A stretch of DNA of 64,000 nt, taken from the NCBI RefSeq assembly GCF_021028975.2, contig NC_059436.1, positions 22,382,001 to 22,446,000 on the forward strand, read 5' to 3'. The notes beneath the pieces are model-generated. The model was not told the DNA's origin, searched no databases, and saw only the letters and a list, made by a program, of their open reading frames with translations. Position numbers and translations under genes: made by a program. Source of the DNA: Sphaerodactylus townsendi. Lineage: Eukaryota. Below, one piece after another: positions 1 to 13,009 of the stretch (positions within the stretch are counted from its first letter, which is position 1; each line of letters opens with the position of its first letter).

Positions 1-473
1 AATCAGTGGATCTGGGATAAGTGAAGAGTGAAGTTTTTTTCACAGCAATCTAAACATCATCAACAACCCACCTGTATATCATTCCCAGGTAATGCCAAGG
101 TAAACACTTCTACATCTGATCTCCTGCTAAGAAATATGGCTTGTGAGAAAAGGGTATGAGTAAATCGTAGAAACCACAGGATGCAATAGAATTTACCTGG
201 TTTTTATTTGAGTTAACATAGAAATTGTTTTTGAGGCAGCCAGCCTGTTACTGCTTTACAAGATTAGTTCACACAGTTCTCTCATACAGTTTAATAGCAC
301 AGTAGAAATTCAGTGAGGGATAAGAGGTGTACTGTATGTGACTGTTGTTACTGGTGGCAGTGGTGGAGGGCACGCTGCATCTGTTCAAAAGGCAACTGAG
401 TTTCCTGCTCAAAGGAGTAAAATACAGACTTAAGAACCAGCACACTTAATATTAATCCCTTCAAAACCGTTGC

Positions 474-3400
474 TCACTCAGCACTTGGATCTTGCTCCTT
501 TTGGCAAACAGGCATTGTGATCAGCAGGATCCCTTTCCTCTTGAAGAATCTTGCTGATACTGCTTCCTCCTCCACAGACTCTGGTAGATTCAAGTGCAGC
601 CGGTATTTGTGAGGGCATTCAATCAACAGGTCATCCTAAAACAGTAACAGAACTTCCATGTCTAGAAGCAGTAGGCTTCAAATCGTGTTGGTGGGAAGGG
701 TAGGCAACAGCAGAGGCAGGCTCTGTCGGGCGAATCTGGTAGGTCACTAAGAAACAGGAAGTTGGGCAGTACAGCTGGTATAGTGCGGTGGTGAAGAGTG
801 TTGGCCTTGTATCTGGGAGACCCAGGTTCAAATCCCCACTTGTGCCATAGAAGCTCACTGGGCGATTTTGGGGAGAGACACTCTCACCCTGACCTACCTC
901 AGAGGATTGCTGTGAGGCTAAAATGGAGAAAAGAAAAATGACGTCCGCTGCCTTGGGTCCTGACAGGGGAAAGAAGTAGGGTGTACAGAATTGTAAACAC
1001 AGGTGTGGAATTGCCGCTAGAGACTCAGGCTCACCAGACAAATAAGGGATTGGCCACAGGGAGAGGGGCAACCTTAATTTATCATTCTGACCTACCTTAG
1101 AAACACTCAGGTCACACTCGGAGACGCAGCAGACCTCAGGCATCTCAACTTTCACTTCAAGCTTCAGGACTTTTCCGCTGGCATCCCTCCTTGTGGTGAC
1201 TTCATAGGCTGGAGACCTTGGTCCGGCTGGTCTCTCCGTACCAGGAATCTCCTCAATTAGGCGTGGTTTCGGGGGACCAGTGTTCTTTGTTGGCAGAGTC
1301 AGACTTCTGTCTTCCTCAGGTGCTGTGATGATTCTCAGCTGGTCAAGTATCCTCTCTTCCCAAGATTAAATTTCCATACATGGAATTTAAAAATGTTCAA
1401 GTGAATTGCCGTGTCGGTAGTAACGGGGTGTCAAATCCATGACCCTTTGTCTGCCTCATGACAAATCTTTTGTTCTTTTTCTTTTTTAGGGCTGGCAGCC
1501 AAAAGAGCTACATCTGCTTATACTGGGCAACCTAAGGCTAGTCTTTTTGTAGCTGATGGAGCGTCTACTTGGTATAAATGTAAATAAGTGAAAGAACAGA
1601 TTAAGGCCTGCAGAAGCGAAGCTTAGGCTCATTCCTCACATGCAGAATAATGCACTTTCAAACTGCTTTCAGTGCTCTTTGAAGCCATGCAGAATGGCAA
1701 AATCCACTTGCAAACAGTTTTGAAAGTGGTTTGAAAACACATTATTTTGCATGTGCGGAAGGGGCCTTTGATAACGTGAGCTGCACCAGCATTGTCAGCA
1801 TTTCAGTATTACTTTGACACAGGGCAATGGACCTTGTGGCTGTGTGCCACTAACGGTGGCACAAGGAAGGTTCCTTGCATCTGAGAGCAGTGCTGCTATT
1901 AGTGGGGAGAAACCCAGGGCCAACTGCCAATGCATGCAGGGTTGAAAAGGGAAAAAAAGCTTTTCTCTCCTGCTTTTCTCTACCGTAAGGAGTCTCAATG
2001 TGGCTGCCAATTGCCTCCCCCACACCAGCCCCAGAACAGGCACCTTGTAAGATAGGTGAGGCTGAGAGAGTTCAGAGAGAGAACTGTGACTGGCCCACGG
2101 TCACCCAGCAGACTTCATGTGGAGAAGCAGGGAAAACAAACCCGATTCTCTAATTAGAGTCTGCAGCTTTAAACCATTACACTACATTGCTTGGTGGGAG
2201 CCACCCTGAGCCCGTCTTGAGGGGAAAGGGCAGGCTGTACATCCAATAAATAAATAATGCATGGCCATAAGCATAGTTGGCTTGCAAAGAGGGTTAGGAG
2301 GGGTCCCTCAGTGGCTGCTTGCCCAGCGACTAATCTGCATACAAAGCATAGAGTAACATTTTCTTAATGTTCCTGTGGGCCTCCAACCCTGAAATTCGGG
2401 GAGTGGGTCAGTGAACCCCCATCTTGCTTTTTGTCTGAGGTGGTTGGTTTGGACAGCTACTTACCATTCTTCATGCTCTTTTTAGGGAGAGGCGCTGTCG
2501 GCTTCTCTCCCTGTAAGCTCTGCCTCATCCTTTCCAGACTCCCTTTCATTTTAACCTTTGCAATACTGTAAGTGGGGGACAGAGTGATGCTGTAACGCTG
2601 CTCAATGAACTTCAGGGATAAACGTATCAGCCGGTCTTTCTCTAATGGGTTCTTTTCCTGCTCGAGGACAGATGGATTGTACGCAATATCGACAATGCTG
2701 CAAGAGTCTGAAAGAAGAGTCAAATTATTACTGCCCTCTGTACATGGGATTTTTTATGAGAGTGAGAATACAGCCTGCCATGAGGGCTAGAAACTTATTT
2801 TAAAAAGAATAAAATCAAAAGCTGGTCTTTAGTGTTTTTGCCTATTCACTATAATACTGCAGTTTTGTCTGTTTAATATAGAGATATATTATATATGAAG
2901 CATTTATGCTACCTCTCTGATTCACAGTGCAGGAGGTAATGCAGAATCAGTAAATATAAAATGCATCAAACAATGTTGTGCACTAATAAAGCGGTAAGGT
3001 GAAGAGCAGATAAACCCTGCCTAAGCTCCACACTATACAATCAAAAGGGACCATCAGACTGTAGATGAGACATGGGAGCACGGATCAGAAGGCCTTCTGG
3101 AAAGGAGACGGGTTGCATAGTGCCAAACAGAGGAAGTTTCATATGCAGAAAAAGAGGGAAGGCATTTCATAACCAGAAGAACCTCAGTGAAAAAGCCCTA
3201 TCCCCGACAGCTATCAGTTAACAGCCTGTCATCCTGTTGTTCTCCACCTTATGCTGTGAGAAGTTAGAGAGTGTGGAACTGCCCCAAAGTCATCCAGCAG
3301 GCTTCCATGCTAGAGTGGGCAGTTGAAACTTGAGTCTCCACAGGTGGCCTGTCCTTATGAATGTAGTGCTTGGCAGGACCAGCATTGGAGCAAGTAGTCC

Positions 3401-4223
3401 TTTAACCAGTTCATTGCTGCAATATCTTGTGGATGGACTAGAATCAGCATCAAGACATTCTGCCGACAGAAACAAGAATGATGCAACATTGGGAACTCAG
3501 TGACGAGCCTCTAGTTCCACTGTTCCTTAGCTCACCTGACTTTGCAAACATATCCATTTTGCCAGCATTTAATGGGACTGGATCGAATCGGGACTGGGGA
3601 GGAGGGACTTTATTCCAGCTGCAGAGGTTAACAAACAATCTGTTTTCAGTTGGCTCCTGAAAAGGGAATTAAAAACCCGTTTTGTTAGTGAAGCCGGCTG
3701 TAAAATGAGGCAGTCATCAGTAAAATCGAGCACTTTCCTATTCTGTATGCATGACCCACCAGCAGGAATGCTATCGAGTCTGTTTGTATTTTCTGGAGTG
3801 TTTGCTGAAGAAGATAACGTAATTGCATCTGATCTCTCCACTGTACCTGTCCCTAATGCTGTTCATGCACATGTTGTAGGCAGGTCTATATGATTCATCT
3901 TTTGTAGTCTGAGCTTGACTACAAAATGCAAATCAGGTAGACACACTCCTTACATTTGCATTCAATGGTTTTCTGTAAAGAGAGTCTCACTTAGCCAGGA
4001 GAGTTTCCTTTCCTTCTTTTTGCATCGATCGCTCACATACCAAGATCAGGGCTTCCAGGCACAGAAATGGCTCAGGAGGAGCATAATATTGCTTTGCGCT
4101 GTTGAATTGCTCCTGCATGAATTGGTGGTAACTCTCGGGAGAATTCTCGGCCATGTCATCCAGCATTGTCCACAGCTGGGATGCTTTTGCCAGCATGTCC
4201 TCTGAGTGGCAAAGGGCCTCCAT
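474..4223 (-). CDS. PIH1D2: PIH1 domain-containing protein 2 (~322 aa), 5 coding exons
   Basis: Coding exons (minus): 4223-4041, 3656-3536, 2707-2465, 1355-1096, 635-474; GT-AG, phases 0/1/1/0, 969 nt. Peptides SQLWTMLDDMAENSPESYHQFM, LFVNLCSWNKVPPP, VDIAYNPSVL, CDLSVSKDDLLIEC..KYRLHLNLP match PIH1D2. Non-coding exon 1 donor at ~4744, exon 2 acceptor at 4312, minus-strand AATAAA at 203-208. Confidence 0.95.
1626..1766. mobile_element. ~140-bp MITE, probably PIF/Harbinger-like
   Basis: ~30-bp imperfect TIRs GGCTCATTCC.CACATGCAGAATAATG / CATTATTTTGCATGTGCGGAAGGGGCC; further copies at 30464-30606 and ~41165-41292. Confidence 0.75.
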
Positions 4224-4334
4224 CGCTGCTTTTCAAGTGATGAGAAGACGACAGGAGTGGTCAAGGAGCAGCACCTGGGAGAGGAGTTGGATCCCAGACG
4301 GAGCAGCTAAACCTGTCAGTGGAAGAAGAAATGT

Positions 4335-4590
4335 TAGTGTTTAGATCCTGCTTTCCTTTCTTGTAAGGAGTAGCTTACATCAGCCTCCCCCCTGCCCTCT
4401 CAGAGTGTTTGAGAGAGTTCGAAGAAAACTGTGACTAGCCCAGGATCACCCAACAAGCTTTATGTGCAGGAGTGGGGGGATCAGATCCAGTTCACCAGAT
4501 AAGAGTTCGCTGCTCATGTGGAGGAGTGGGGAATCAAACCCGCTTCTCTAGATTAGAACACCACCATATCTTGACTACGCCACGGTGGTG
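4335..4590 (-). mobile_element. tRNA-derived SINE (Squam3-like)
   Basis: Reverse-complement match to the family; similar minus copies at ~2040-2190 and ~50885-51020. Confidence 0.72.
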
Positions 4591-4743
4591 TGAGGCCAAC
4601 CTCGCAAGGCTGCTGTGCTGATAGAGGCAAAGAGGAATTCCTGCCTGCCAAGCCGAAGTCAGAAGCTCAGAAGGCGGCGCAAAAGGGTTACTTTTTTTAA
4701 AGTGTCCCCCAAAGAGGTCTACTTGGGAGTAAGAAGACCTTAC

Positions 4744-5216
4744 TTGAATGATCCGGGCTCAGGCTCACGAAGAGGGCGGGAGGACTAATGAAATGCCCCG
4801 CTGCGAGGCCGCTCCCGGAGTAGCGTCTCTCCGCCCCGCGCCGTCTCCATGGCAACAGCCGGAAGCCGGCTCGGCCGGAAGCGGAAGCGGGGCGTCCCTG
4901 GTCCCTCCGCACCGCTCGCCCTCGGCTCCCCGCGTTCCGCGGCCTCCGGCGCCTGAGCCTGGTCCGTGCCGCCGTGAGGGGCGAGGAGCCGGCCGCGGGT
5001 GGCGGGAGAGGCAGAGTCGAGCCCGGCTGGGGCCTCCGTCGCGTGTGAATGCGCCTGGACGCGTGTTCGCCCAGGAGTCCTTCCCCGCCGCCGGGGGTTG
5101 CTTGAGAGGCCGAGGAGGCTCGTCGGCTGCGTGGCTTTCAGTCCTGCTCTTCCGCCCTTCCAACGTGGCTTCCCTTCGCCCTTCCTTCTCTGATTGCCTC
5201 CCAACAACCTTGCGAG
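4744..5216. promoter_or_regulatory. CpG-island bidirectional promoter PIH1D2/NKAPD1
   Basis: CpG-rich. RFX X-box GTCTCCATGGCAAC at 4843-4856; tandem ETS/GABP (C)CGGAAG sites at 4859-4888; outward-facing donors at 4744 (-) and 5216 (+). Confidence 0.8.
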
Positions 5217-6085
5217 GTAGGCGAGGACCGGCGGCGGCACTGAGGCAAGGGGTCCCGGCGTCCCTTGATCCTGGCGGCAGCTCTTGGGAAAAACCTCTCG
5301 GGGCTCCAGACCTTGGGGGGACTTTTGCCCTAGAGATGAGCTAGATGGGCCAAAGACCGCACCCCCCCCCTCGGTGTAAGGCAGCCACCTCAGGTCCCCT
5401 CCCCCAGGAGTATGCACTGGAGCATTTGGGAGTACACACAAAAATTATGGGTTTGCTAATACGGGGAGTAAAATTGTAGGGAAATGGGTTGCCAAGGGAT
5501 ATGCGACTGAAAAAAGGTGGGGAACCACTGTGACTTAAGTAATCCTGTAAAACACATGCTTAAATCACAGTGGTTCCCCACCATTTTCCACTCGTGTACC
5601 CCTGTAATTTGTTCAAAAGTTATGTTCACTGGTGACTTCTTCCTTTGAGTTTGGCTCTCTTCAGTTCAGCAGCATGACAAGGAAAATCTGCAATTTTCAA
5701 AGAATGCGAGATTTGTTCCAAGGATTCCTGTTTTGTTGTGGGTAACAGAAGTGACCTGTTTTTTTAATAGGCAGCAATGAATAATGCACTTGCAAACTGA
5801 CTTTGTCTTCTCTTGGTATTCTGATCTCACTTGCATAACCTGTTCTTTATCTATTGTGTTTGAGAGTTGAGAAAGTCAGAGGCTTCTCCCAGCTTGCAGC
5901 CTGACAGTTTCCCCGTGTAGATATGAGATGGTGCTGTTATTTAGGTCACAGATTCCTTCTTTGAAAGGCCAGTGAATAGTTTTCCTCCTCTGCATCCTGG
6001 AAATATTTTCTCATTTAGGCAATAGCCTATAGTGACATTTACTTAACTTACTGGATGTTTGTTGGTCATTATTTAAGGTTGAAGG

Positions 6086-9000
6086 ATGTCCCGGGTCCCT
6101 TTGGGGAAAGTCCTCCTGCGAAATGTCATTCGTCATACCGATGCGCATAACAAGGTATAGAGCAGAGTACATCACAGTCTAGGCTGTCTGTGTTCAACTG
6201 AGATTTGATATGCACCATTTTAATTTTATTTATTGTATTAAATGTATATCTCGTCCATTTCCAACCAGGGTTGGGCTCAGAGTATTACAACAATTAAAAC
6301 ATAATAATACAATAATATACAATGGATTAATATGACTAAAACCTAAGTATAAGATTTCTTGATGGCAAATAAAGCAGCAATATCCTATATATTATACCCA
6401 CCTCAGCTGTTCGTCAACCTTGTCCAAGGATAGGGGACAGCAAAAATGGGAGTGGGGGGCAGGGTTGGTAGTTGGGAGACCAGTAGATGAAATAACAGAC
6501 AGATAAGTGGCCTCAACCCAAACCCCAGTGGAGCATCTCCATCTTGCAGCCCCTGTGGAATTGTTTAAGATTTCACAGGGTTTTGGAGTCAGCCAACAGG
6601 CTGGACCCAGGGCCGAAAAAGCCCTGGCTTTGGTTGAGGCCAACCTAACATCCTTGGGACCACGAGCCACCAGAAGATTATGTTGGAGGATCAGAGCTTC
6701 TCGGGTAATATGGGGAAATGTGATTCCAAAAGATACAAAGGCCCCAGATTGCTCAAGGCCTTAAAAGTCAAAACTAAAACCTTGAACATGATCTAGAATT
6801 CAACTGGTAACCAATGCAGCCAACATAGCACAGGTATTCTGTGCTCCCTTGTGGCTGTTCCTGTGAGGAGTCTCGCTGCCGCATTCTGGACCAGTTTTAG
6901 TTTCCAGATCAGTCTCAACAGCAGGCCTGCATCGAGTGAGTTACAGTAATCTAACCTGGAAGTGATCGTTGCGTGGATCACTGTAGCTAGGTCTGAGTAG
7001 GACAGGAGGGCGCCTGTTGAAGATGAAAAAAGCACCCTCACTATGTGTGTGACCAGGGCTTCCGTAGATAAGGAGGAGTCCAAAGTCTCACCCAGGCTTT
7101 TTGACAGATGAGTGTGTTTCTTAATGTTTCTCAGATTCAGGAAGAGTCAGAAATGTGGAAAATACGAGAGATGGAAAAGCAAACTGAAGAAGTATATCAG
7201 GGCAAGCGAAAAAGTTCGCTTTCCGATACTTCCAGGTGAGATTTTATTACACTTCACCTTTCGTTACTTTTTATTGCTTTCAGATATTTTCAAATCTTTC
7301 TCCTTAGCAGCAGAATGGAAATTCCATTTTTCTTTCTTTGGACATTGGCTGTTGCTTCTTTGTTAGAGCTACACATCCTACTCAGAAGATCGTGCCTGTT
7401 CCATTCAGGATTTGAGAGAGGGAGGGGAAATTCGTTTCCTCCTTTACTGTCAATCTTCTAGCCTTTCAGTGGTTCATCACATGCCACACCTAGGATTGTT
7501 CCCAAGTACTTTAACAGGAAAGAAAGGTCAGACGACAGCAGAATGTTTGAGTGGAGAAGGTAGGGTTTTTCTGGCAGGGGCTGATGGGAATTGTAGTCCA
7601 TGAACATCTGGAGGGCCAGAGTTGGACACTCCTGCTTTAGAGTGATCCTGCATTGGTCCTGTATGACCCCGTATAAATCTATGATCCATCCCCCTTCAAA
7701 AGTCCTGGCAAACAGGCAAGCCTTGCAGTGGCTCCTGAAGAACTCTCAAGGTGGGAGCCCCCCTCATCTTCTCAGGGAGTGATTCCTCAGAGAAAGCTGC
7801 GATGGAAAAAGCCAGGCTTCTGGCTGATGCCAGGTGGGCCAACCCTAATTGGTGGGATAACTCACTGATGCCTCCCTGATGACTGTATGGAAGGGGGTGG
7901 TCTTTCAGGTTCATGGGTCCCAGGTCATGGAGGGCTTTCAGCACCTTGAATTGAGCTCAGGAACAGACTGGCCACCCATGAAGCTGTTTTAAAATGTGTT
8001 ACATATGTTGCTACATTCTACACCAGCTGCAGTTTCCAGGTTGTCTTTAAGGACTGCCTCATGTACAGTGTGTCACAGTAATCCAACCTTGAGGTTACAA
8101 AAGCATGGATCAGCATGGCCAGATTAGTTCAGTCTAGGTAACTAGAATGTTGGAGAATCAGAGGCAGCTGACAGAAGGTGCTTCTGGGCACTGGGCCAAC
8201 CTGCTTTTCAAAGAGCAAGGTGTGGGGTGTGTGACCACCCCCAAGCACCATCTAGGAACAACCCTCTCCCAGCTAAGATTGCTAGACTCATATCTGGGAG
8301 AAGTTGAATGAATGTAGCATTTCCATTTACTGCAGCAGTCTGTTTTGAAAACCTGTACCAGTGGAACAAATCTTCCCTCTTGAAGCTCTCCAAAAAACTT
8401 AACCCCTGGTGTGCATCTTCAGGATAACCTAAGCTAAGAAACTAAGTGATTTTTCTGTTTCTGATCAGAAAGGGGGCAGGCTCTCTTTTGGCTTCCTTCC
8501 CAACATTGGCAGAGCTGTTTCTTTCCCTGGGCACAGGATGCTTCTTTCATTTGCATCGACTCCTATTTAAAAAGTTTCTTTTGTCCTGTTTGCTGTAGCC
8601 GAATGCGTAGTGATGGTTTTGATGAGGGCAGCCAACAGGACTGGAAGGAGAAGAATGTTGCTCCTGCATCCATGACAACGGAAGATGACCTCCGCCATGC
8701 CCGGTACTGGAACAGGAAGCTCTACGAATGTGAAGCCGGCATGCCAGACAGGTTGGGTAGCTAATGCTATTTCTAGGATGTCCACAATGGGATGGCACAT
8801 TGCCGGCCTTTTATAGAGAAACCTAAGCTAAATGAGAAGGTCTCTGCCTCTCAGAACTTAAAAGAGTATAAACATCAGTTTTGACTGGGAAATGCTGGCC
8901 AGGGGGAGGAACAACAAAGGCCACGAAAATGAGGAATATATTTATGGTACTTATAATCTGCCAGCGTGGTGTCGTAGTTAAGAGCAGATGGATTCAAATC

Positions 9001-11891
9001 TGGAGTACTGGGTTTGATTCCCCACTCCTCCACCTGAGTGGCAGAGGCTTATCTGGTGAACCAGATGTGTTTCCTCACTCCTACATTGCTGCTGGGCAAC
9101 CTTGGGCTAGTCACAGTTTCTTGGAACTCTCTCAGCCCCACCTACCTCACAAGGTGTCTGTTGTGGGAAGAGGAACGGAAAGGAGCTTGTAAGCCACCTT
9201 GAGTCTTCTTACAGGAGAAAAAGGTGGGGTATAAATCCAAACTCTTCTTCTTCTTTCTCACAGTGACTCAAGGCTGATTATGCAGGGCAAGTCAATACAA
9301 TCAACAAAACAGGGCATTCAACAAACAATGCCTTAGAACTGTAGAAGACTGGAACCAACCAGAAAGAACTGAAGCGTACAATAAGTGCAAAAATTACATA
9401 ACAGAATGCTAATTACAGTAAGCTATATGCAGCAGTATAGACCACAGTCTCTAACCATTTATCCATATAAGTTTGTGAGCCATTGTATACAGTGTAACTC
9501 TATTACCTGCACAAAAGAGTCCTCTTGAATAATTCAGTTTTGCATGGATTGTGGAAAGCCAGGAGAATAGGAGCCTTCCTGACCTTACTTGGGCAGGCCA
9601 TCCCACAAGACAGGAGCCACAACAGAGAAGACACCTGTATGGGCACAGTTGTTGATTTTGCCCTTTTGCAGGTTGGCACATGCAGAAATCCCTGCTGACA
9701 TGAGCTAAACTGCCATGCAGGAGCCTAGGAGAGAGACCCCTAGAAATGAGGGGTCAAGGCCATGAAGGGCTTTGTATGCAATAGCTGGTGCTTTAAACTA
9801 AACCCAAAAAGTCTTTCCAAATTAATTTTGAGGGGAGACCACCTTATAGTGCATTACAGCAGCTAGGCTTTATGTTAATGTGAGAACTGCAGCGGCATGT
9901 CATTTTAGTAGGAGATACCTGCATAGAGCAGGAACGGTTGTCTTTCCACTGCTCTATTAATTTGCAATAGCGGTTGATAAAATACGTTGCTGTGTTTTGC
10001 TTCCCAGTGAACTAGTGAAGTAGAGCTGCTACAGCGTTTATAGATGTAATGTCCCCATCCTCTGCCACAAGGGATATAGCCCCGCAAGGATCATATCACT
10101 TGATTCTACGGCTGGTGCAGGCTGGCTTGTGCTTTTGTGTAGCTCTTGTGCGAGATGATATTTTCACTGACTTGGTACTGTCTTTCAGATGGGGCCACAG
10201 TGGCTACAAAGAACTGTATCCGGAAGAATTTGATACAGACAGGTAAAGCAAATAAACTACTAAAGAAATCTTGTGTGTGTGTAAAGTGCCATTAAGTTGC
10301 AGCCAACTTATGACAACCTGTACAATTTTTAAGGCAAGATATGTTCAGAGGGGTTTTTCTATGGCCTTCCTCTGCATAGAAACCCAGAACTTCCAAAGAA
10401 ATCTAACAAATATGTGAATTTTAGATCAAATCAAGCCTGACCTGTCCCCCGAAGCTAAAATGACTAAACTAAGAATATTGTATTTTGGTGGTGACATTAT
10501 AAGAAGACAAGAGTCCCTGCCAAAGACAATAATGCTAGGAAAGGTTGAAGGGAGCAGGAAAAGAGGAAGATTTAAGATGAGATGGATTGGCTCTGTAAAG
10601 GAAGCCATGGCGGCCCTCCGTTTGCAAGACTTGAACAGGACTGTTAACTATAGGGCGTTTTGGAGGACACGGATTTATAATGTCACTCTGTGACTTGACA
10701 GCATTTAACACACAAAGTTGGTAAACCCCTTAGGTAGTCTTTTTCTTTTGAAGAGCAATTTCCTTAAATAAATGTATCATTTGAGAAGGGGGTGGGTAGG
10801 TCCTTCTGATGTTGGGTGGGGACATGCAGAAGGCCTCTTACCTTTCTCTGCCATGGAGTTCTGGAAAAGCCAGGTAACAAGCTGTTGAGAACTGTGTCAG
10901 GTCTGAAAGATGTGTTGAATTAACTAGCAGTTCAGGGGACTAATCCCAAAATGCACTCAGAAGTCTGAGAAACATCATAGTAAGGTTTTAGAACAGGTGT
11001 GACACGTAGCAGATAGCAGCAGGTAACACTGTCTTGCTCGCTAGGATGAACTTCTGCCCCATTCCGTTAGAATATTTCTTCCCACTTGTGGGTATCTGCT
11101 TGAGATAGCCCAAGCACTGGGACTGTTGGCGTGAAAGAAGGCAATGCTAGTCGCCGCCTCTCAGGCCTGCCCAGCCATCAGAGCCCTCAGAGCCAAACCC
11201 AAGATTGTTACCACCACCATTCTAGAGTTCTGGCCAAATCCAGCCGTCTTCTTTCTTCCCCTCCATTATTTCAATTTGCAAGCATACCAGATGCTTCTCT
11301 TTGACACTCTCCGGCCCACCCCTGCTTTAAAATACCATGTTTTCCATTCAGTAGTCTGAGAGCTTTTATTGTTTGTATTTGCTAAACAGTGATCAACGGG
11401 AGCAAGACGAACAGAATTCTCTGAATGGAAAAAGAAAATCTCACCATGACAGGCGGTCTTCCCCGGAGCTGCACAAAAAGAAAAAGGACAAAAAGTCGCA
11501 CAAGAAGAAGCGGAAAAAGAAATCGCACAAAAAGCGGAAGAAGAAGAAAAGGGAGCAGCTGAGCACAGCATCAGATTCGTCTCAAGAATCTGAGTGTTCA
11601 GAGACCGGCGCTTCTGGCGCTGGAAAGCAGAGGCGGCAACGCCACAAGAAAGCCAAGAAGACTCCGACCAAGCAGCCGACCTCTTCCTCAGGGCAAGACA
11701 CTGACTCCAGCGGCTCAGAGGACAGTGAGCCCCGGAGGAAGCTGGAGAAGCAGCCAAAAAAAAAGCGAAGGAAACGCTGCGCTTCCACCTCGGAACGATG
11801 CAGCGAGGGAGTGCAGGAGAAGCGCAGCAAGCGGAAGAACTGGAAAGTGGCGGCTGATGAGAATTCAGAGGACAGCTCTGACGAGGATTAA
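6086..11891 (+). CDS. NKAPD1: NKAP domain-containing 1 (C11orf57), 292 aa, 5 coding exons
   Basis: Exons 6086-6154, 7135-7235, 8599-8751, 10189-10242, 11390-11891 (879 nt). [35 protein letters not shown]...RWGHSGYKELYPEEFDTD, then a Lys/Ser-rich tail ending NWKVAADENSEDSSDED. AATAAA at 12202-12207. Confidence 0.96.
6420..7110 (-). mobile_element. L2-clade LINE 3' fragment
   Basis: Translates to TSRLDYCNSL..GL...LKLVQNAAARLLTG...LHWLPV, the typical L2 ORF2 C-terminus. Related remnants at ~7690-8220(-), 20450-20700(-), 35916-36480(-), 36720-36910(+). Confidence 0.85.
8960..9256 (+). mobile_element. tRNA-derived SINE (Squam3-like)
   Basis: tRNA-like head with A box (TGGTGT.GTAGTTAAGAGC) and B box (GGTTTGATTCCC), conserved body and (CTT)n tail; many near-identical copies in the window. 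Confidence 0.85.
10420..10715 (+). mobile_element. RTE/BovB-type LINE 3' fragment
   Basis: [37 protein letters not shown] matches the RTE-clade C-terminus; other copies at ~42120-42300(+) and ~55560-55820(-). Confidence 0.85.
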
Positions 11892-12814
11892 CAATAAGGA
11901 GCAGCTCTGTGTGTGTACGTGCTCGTCCTGCAAGAGAACAGGAGGCTCTCTTCCAAATGCCGTCCTGGTGGAACAAACCAAGGTTCAAACTGGCTGTGCA
12001 AACCTTGGGATCTTGCAGGAGGCAACCTGATGTCTCCCCTGGCCTAAAAATTCCCGATTCCTGCCAGACTGCTCATGACTTGACTAACCCTTAATCGCCA
12101 AGGGATACTCTTGGGAGCGGCTCAGAAGGGAACCTGATGGCTCCAATGTTTTTTTAAGAGTCTAACTATTTTTTAATGGCCAATGTGTAAAATCTAATTG
12201 CAATAAATAATGGAGGAACACCGCAATGCCCCAAGCTATCAGTAAGGCTCTGCTGTGGATTTGAGTCCAAAGAGGCTGCATTCCCCATCATCCCTCTTCC
12301 CTGAGTGTATGGTTCTAAAAGGGGACAAGAAAGAAGAGTGGAGGTTGAGCGGTGCAGCTCACCCTGGCTTTGATGAAAAGGTCCTATTCCAGTGTGTGGA
12401 AGTTGATCACAGCACATAGTTTTTTGAGCTTTGGTCTATAAAGCGAGAAAGGATAGTTGAGCGTAGTAGCACTGTAGCTCTGCAAACGTGTGCATAGTGC
12501 TGTCTTTTAGGGAGCTGGCCAGTGCTGAAGCTGTCATTTCTTCTCTCTGGGTGTATGCAGTCCCTGACAGGCAGGCTTTCCGCTTCCGAGGCATCTTCTA
12601 AAGATTATGAGTGCCAGGTGTTCTGTCTTGCAGTGTACATTTATAGCTGTTTTGAAAACTATTCTATGGTACGCTGCTGTTAAAGTAACAGAAGCTGATC
12701 TACTGAACTATTTAATTTTGGTAATGTGCAAGAGATCGGGTTGACACAGCACAGGCTTTGCTTATCAGCAGTCAAGCTGTGTGTGAGGGGGTGCTGATAC
12801 CTGTTTTTCTAACG

Positions 12815-13009
12815 AGAGCCAGCGTGGCATAGTGGTTAAGAACAGGTGCACTCTAATCTGGAGAACCAGGTTTGATTCCCTGCTCTGCCACTTAAGCTGT
12901 GGAGGCTTATCTGATGAACTAAATTAGCCTGTGCATTCCAACACATGCCAGCTGGGTGACCTTGGCCTAGTCACAGTTCTTTGGAGCTCTCTCAGCCCCA
13001 CCTACCTCT
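12815..13009 (+). mobile_element. tRNA-derived SINE (Squam3-like), 3'-truncated
   Basis: Same head and body as 8960-9256. Confidence 0.8.

Noticed and set aside
4697-5441. Several 130-220-aa ORFs on both strands
   Set aside because: GC-rich bidirectional promoter; no recognisable protein.
11266-11988. 240-aa minus-strand ORF
   Set aside because: Antisense shadow of the Lys-rich NKAPD1 last exon.
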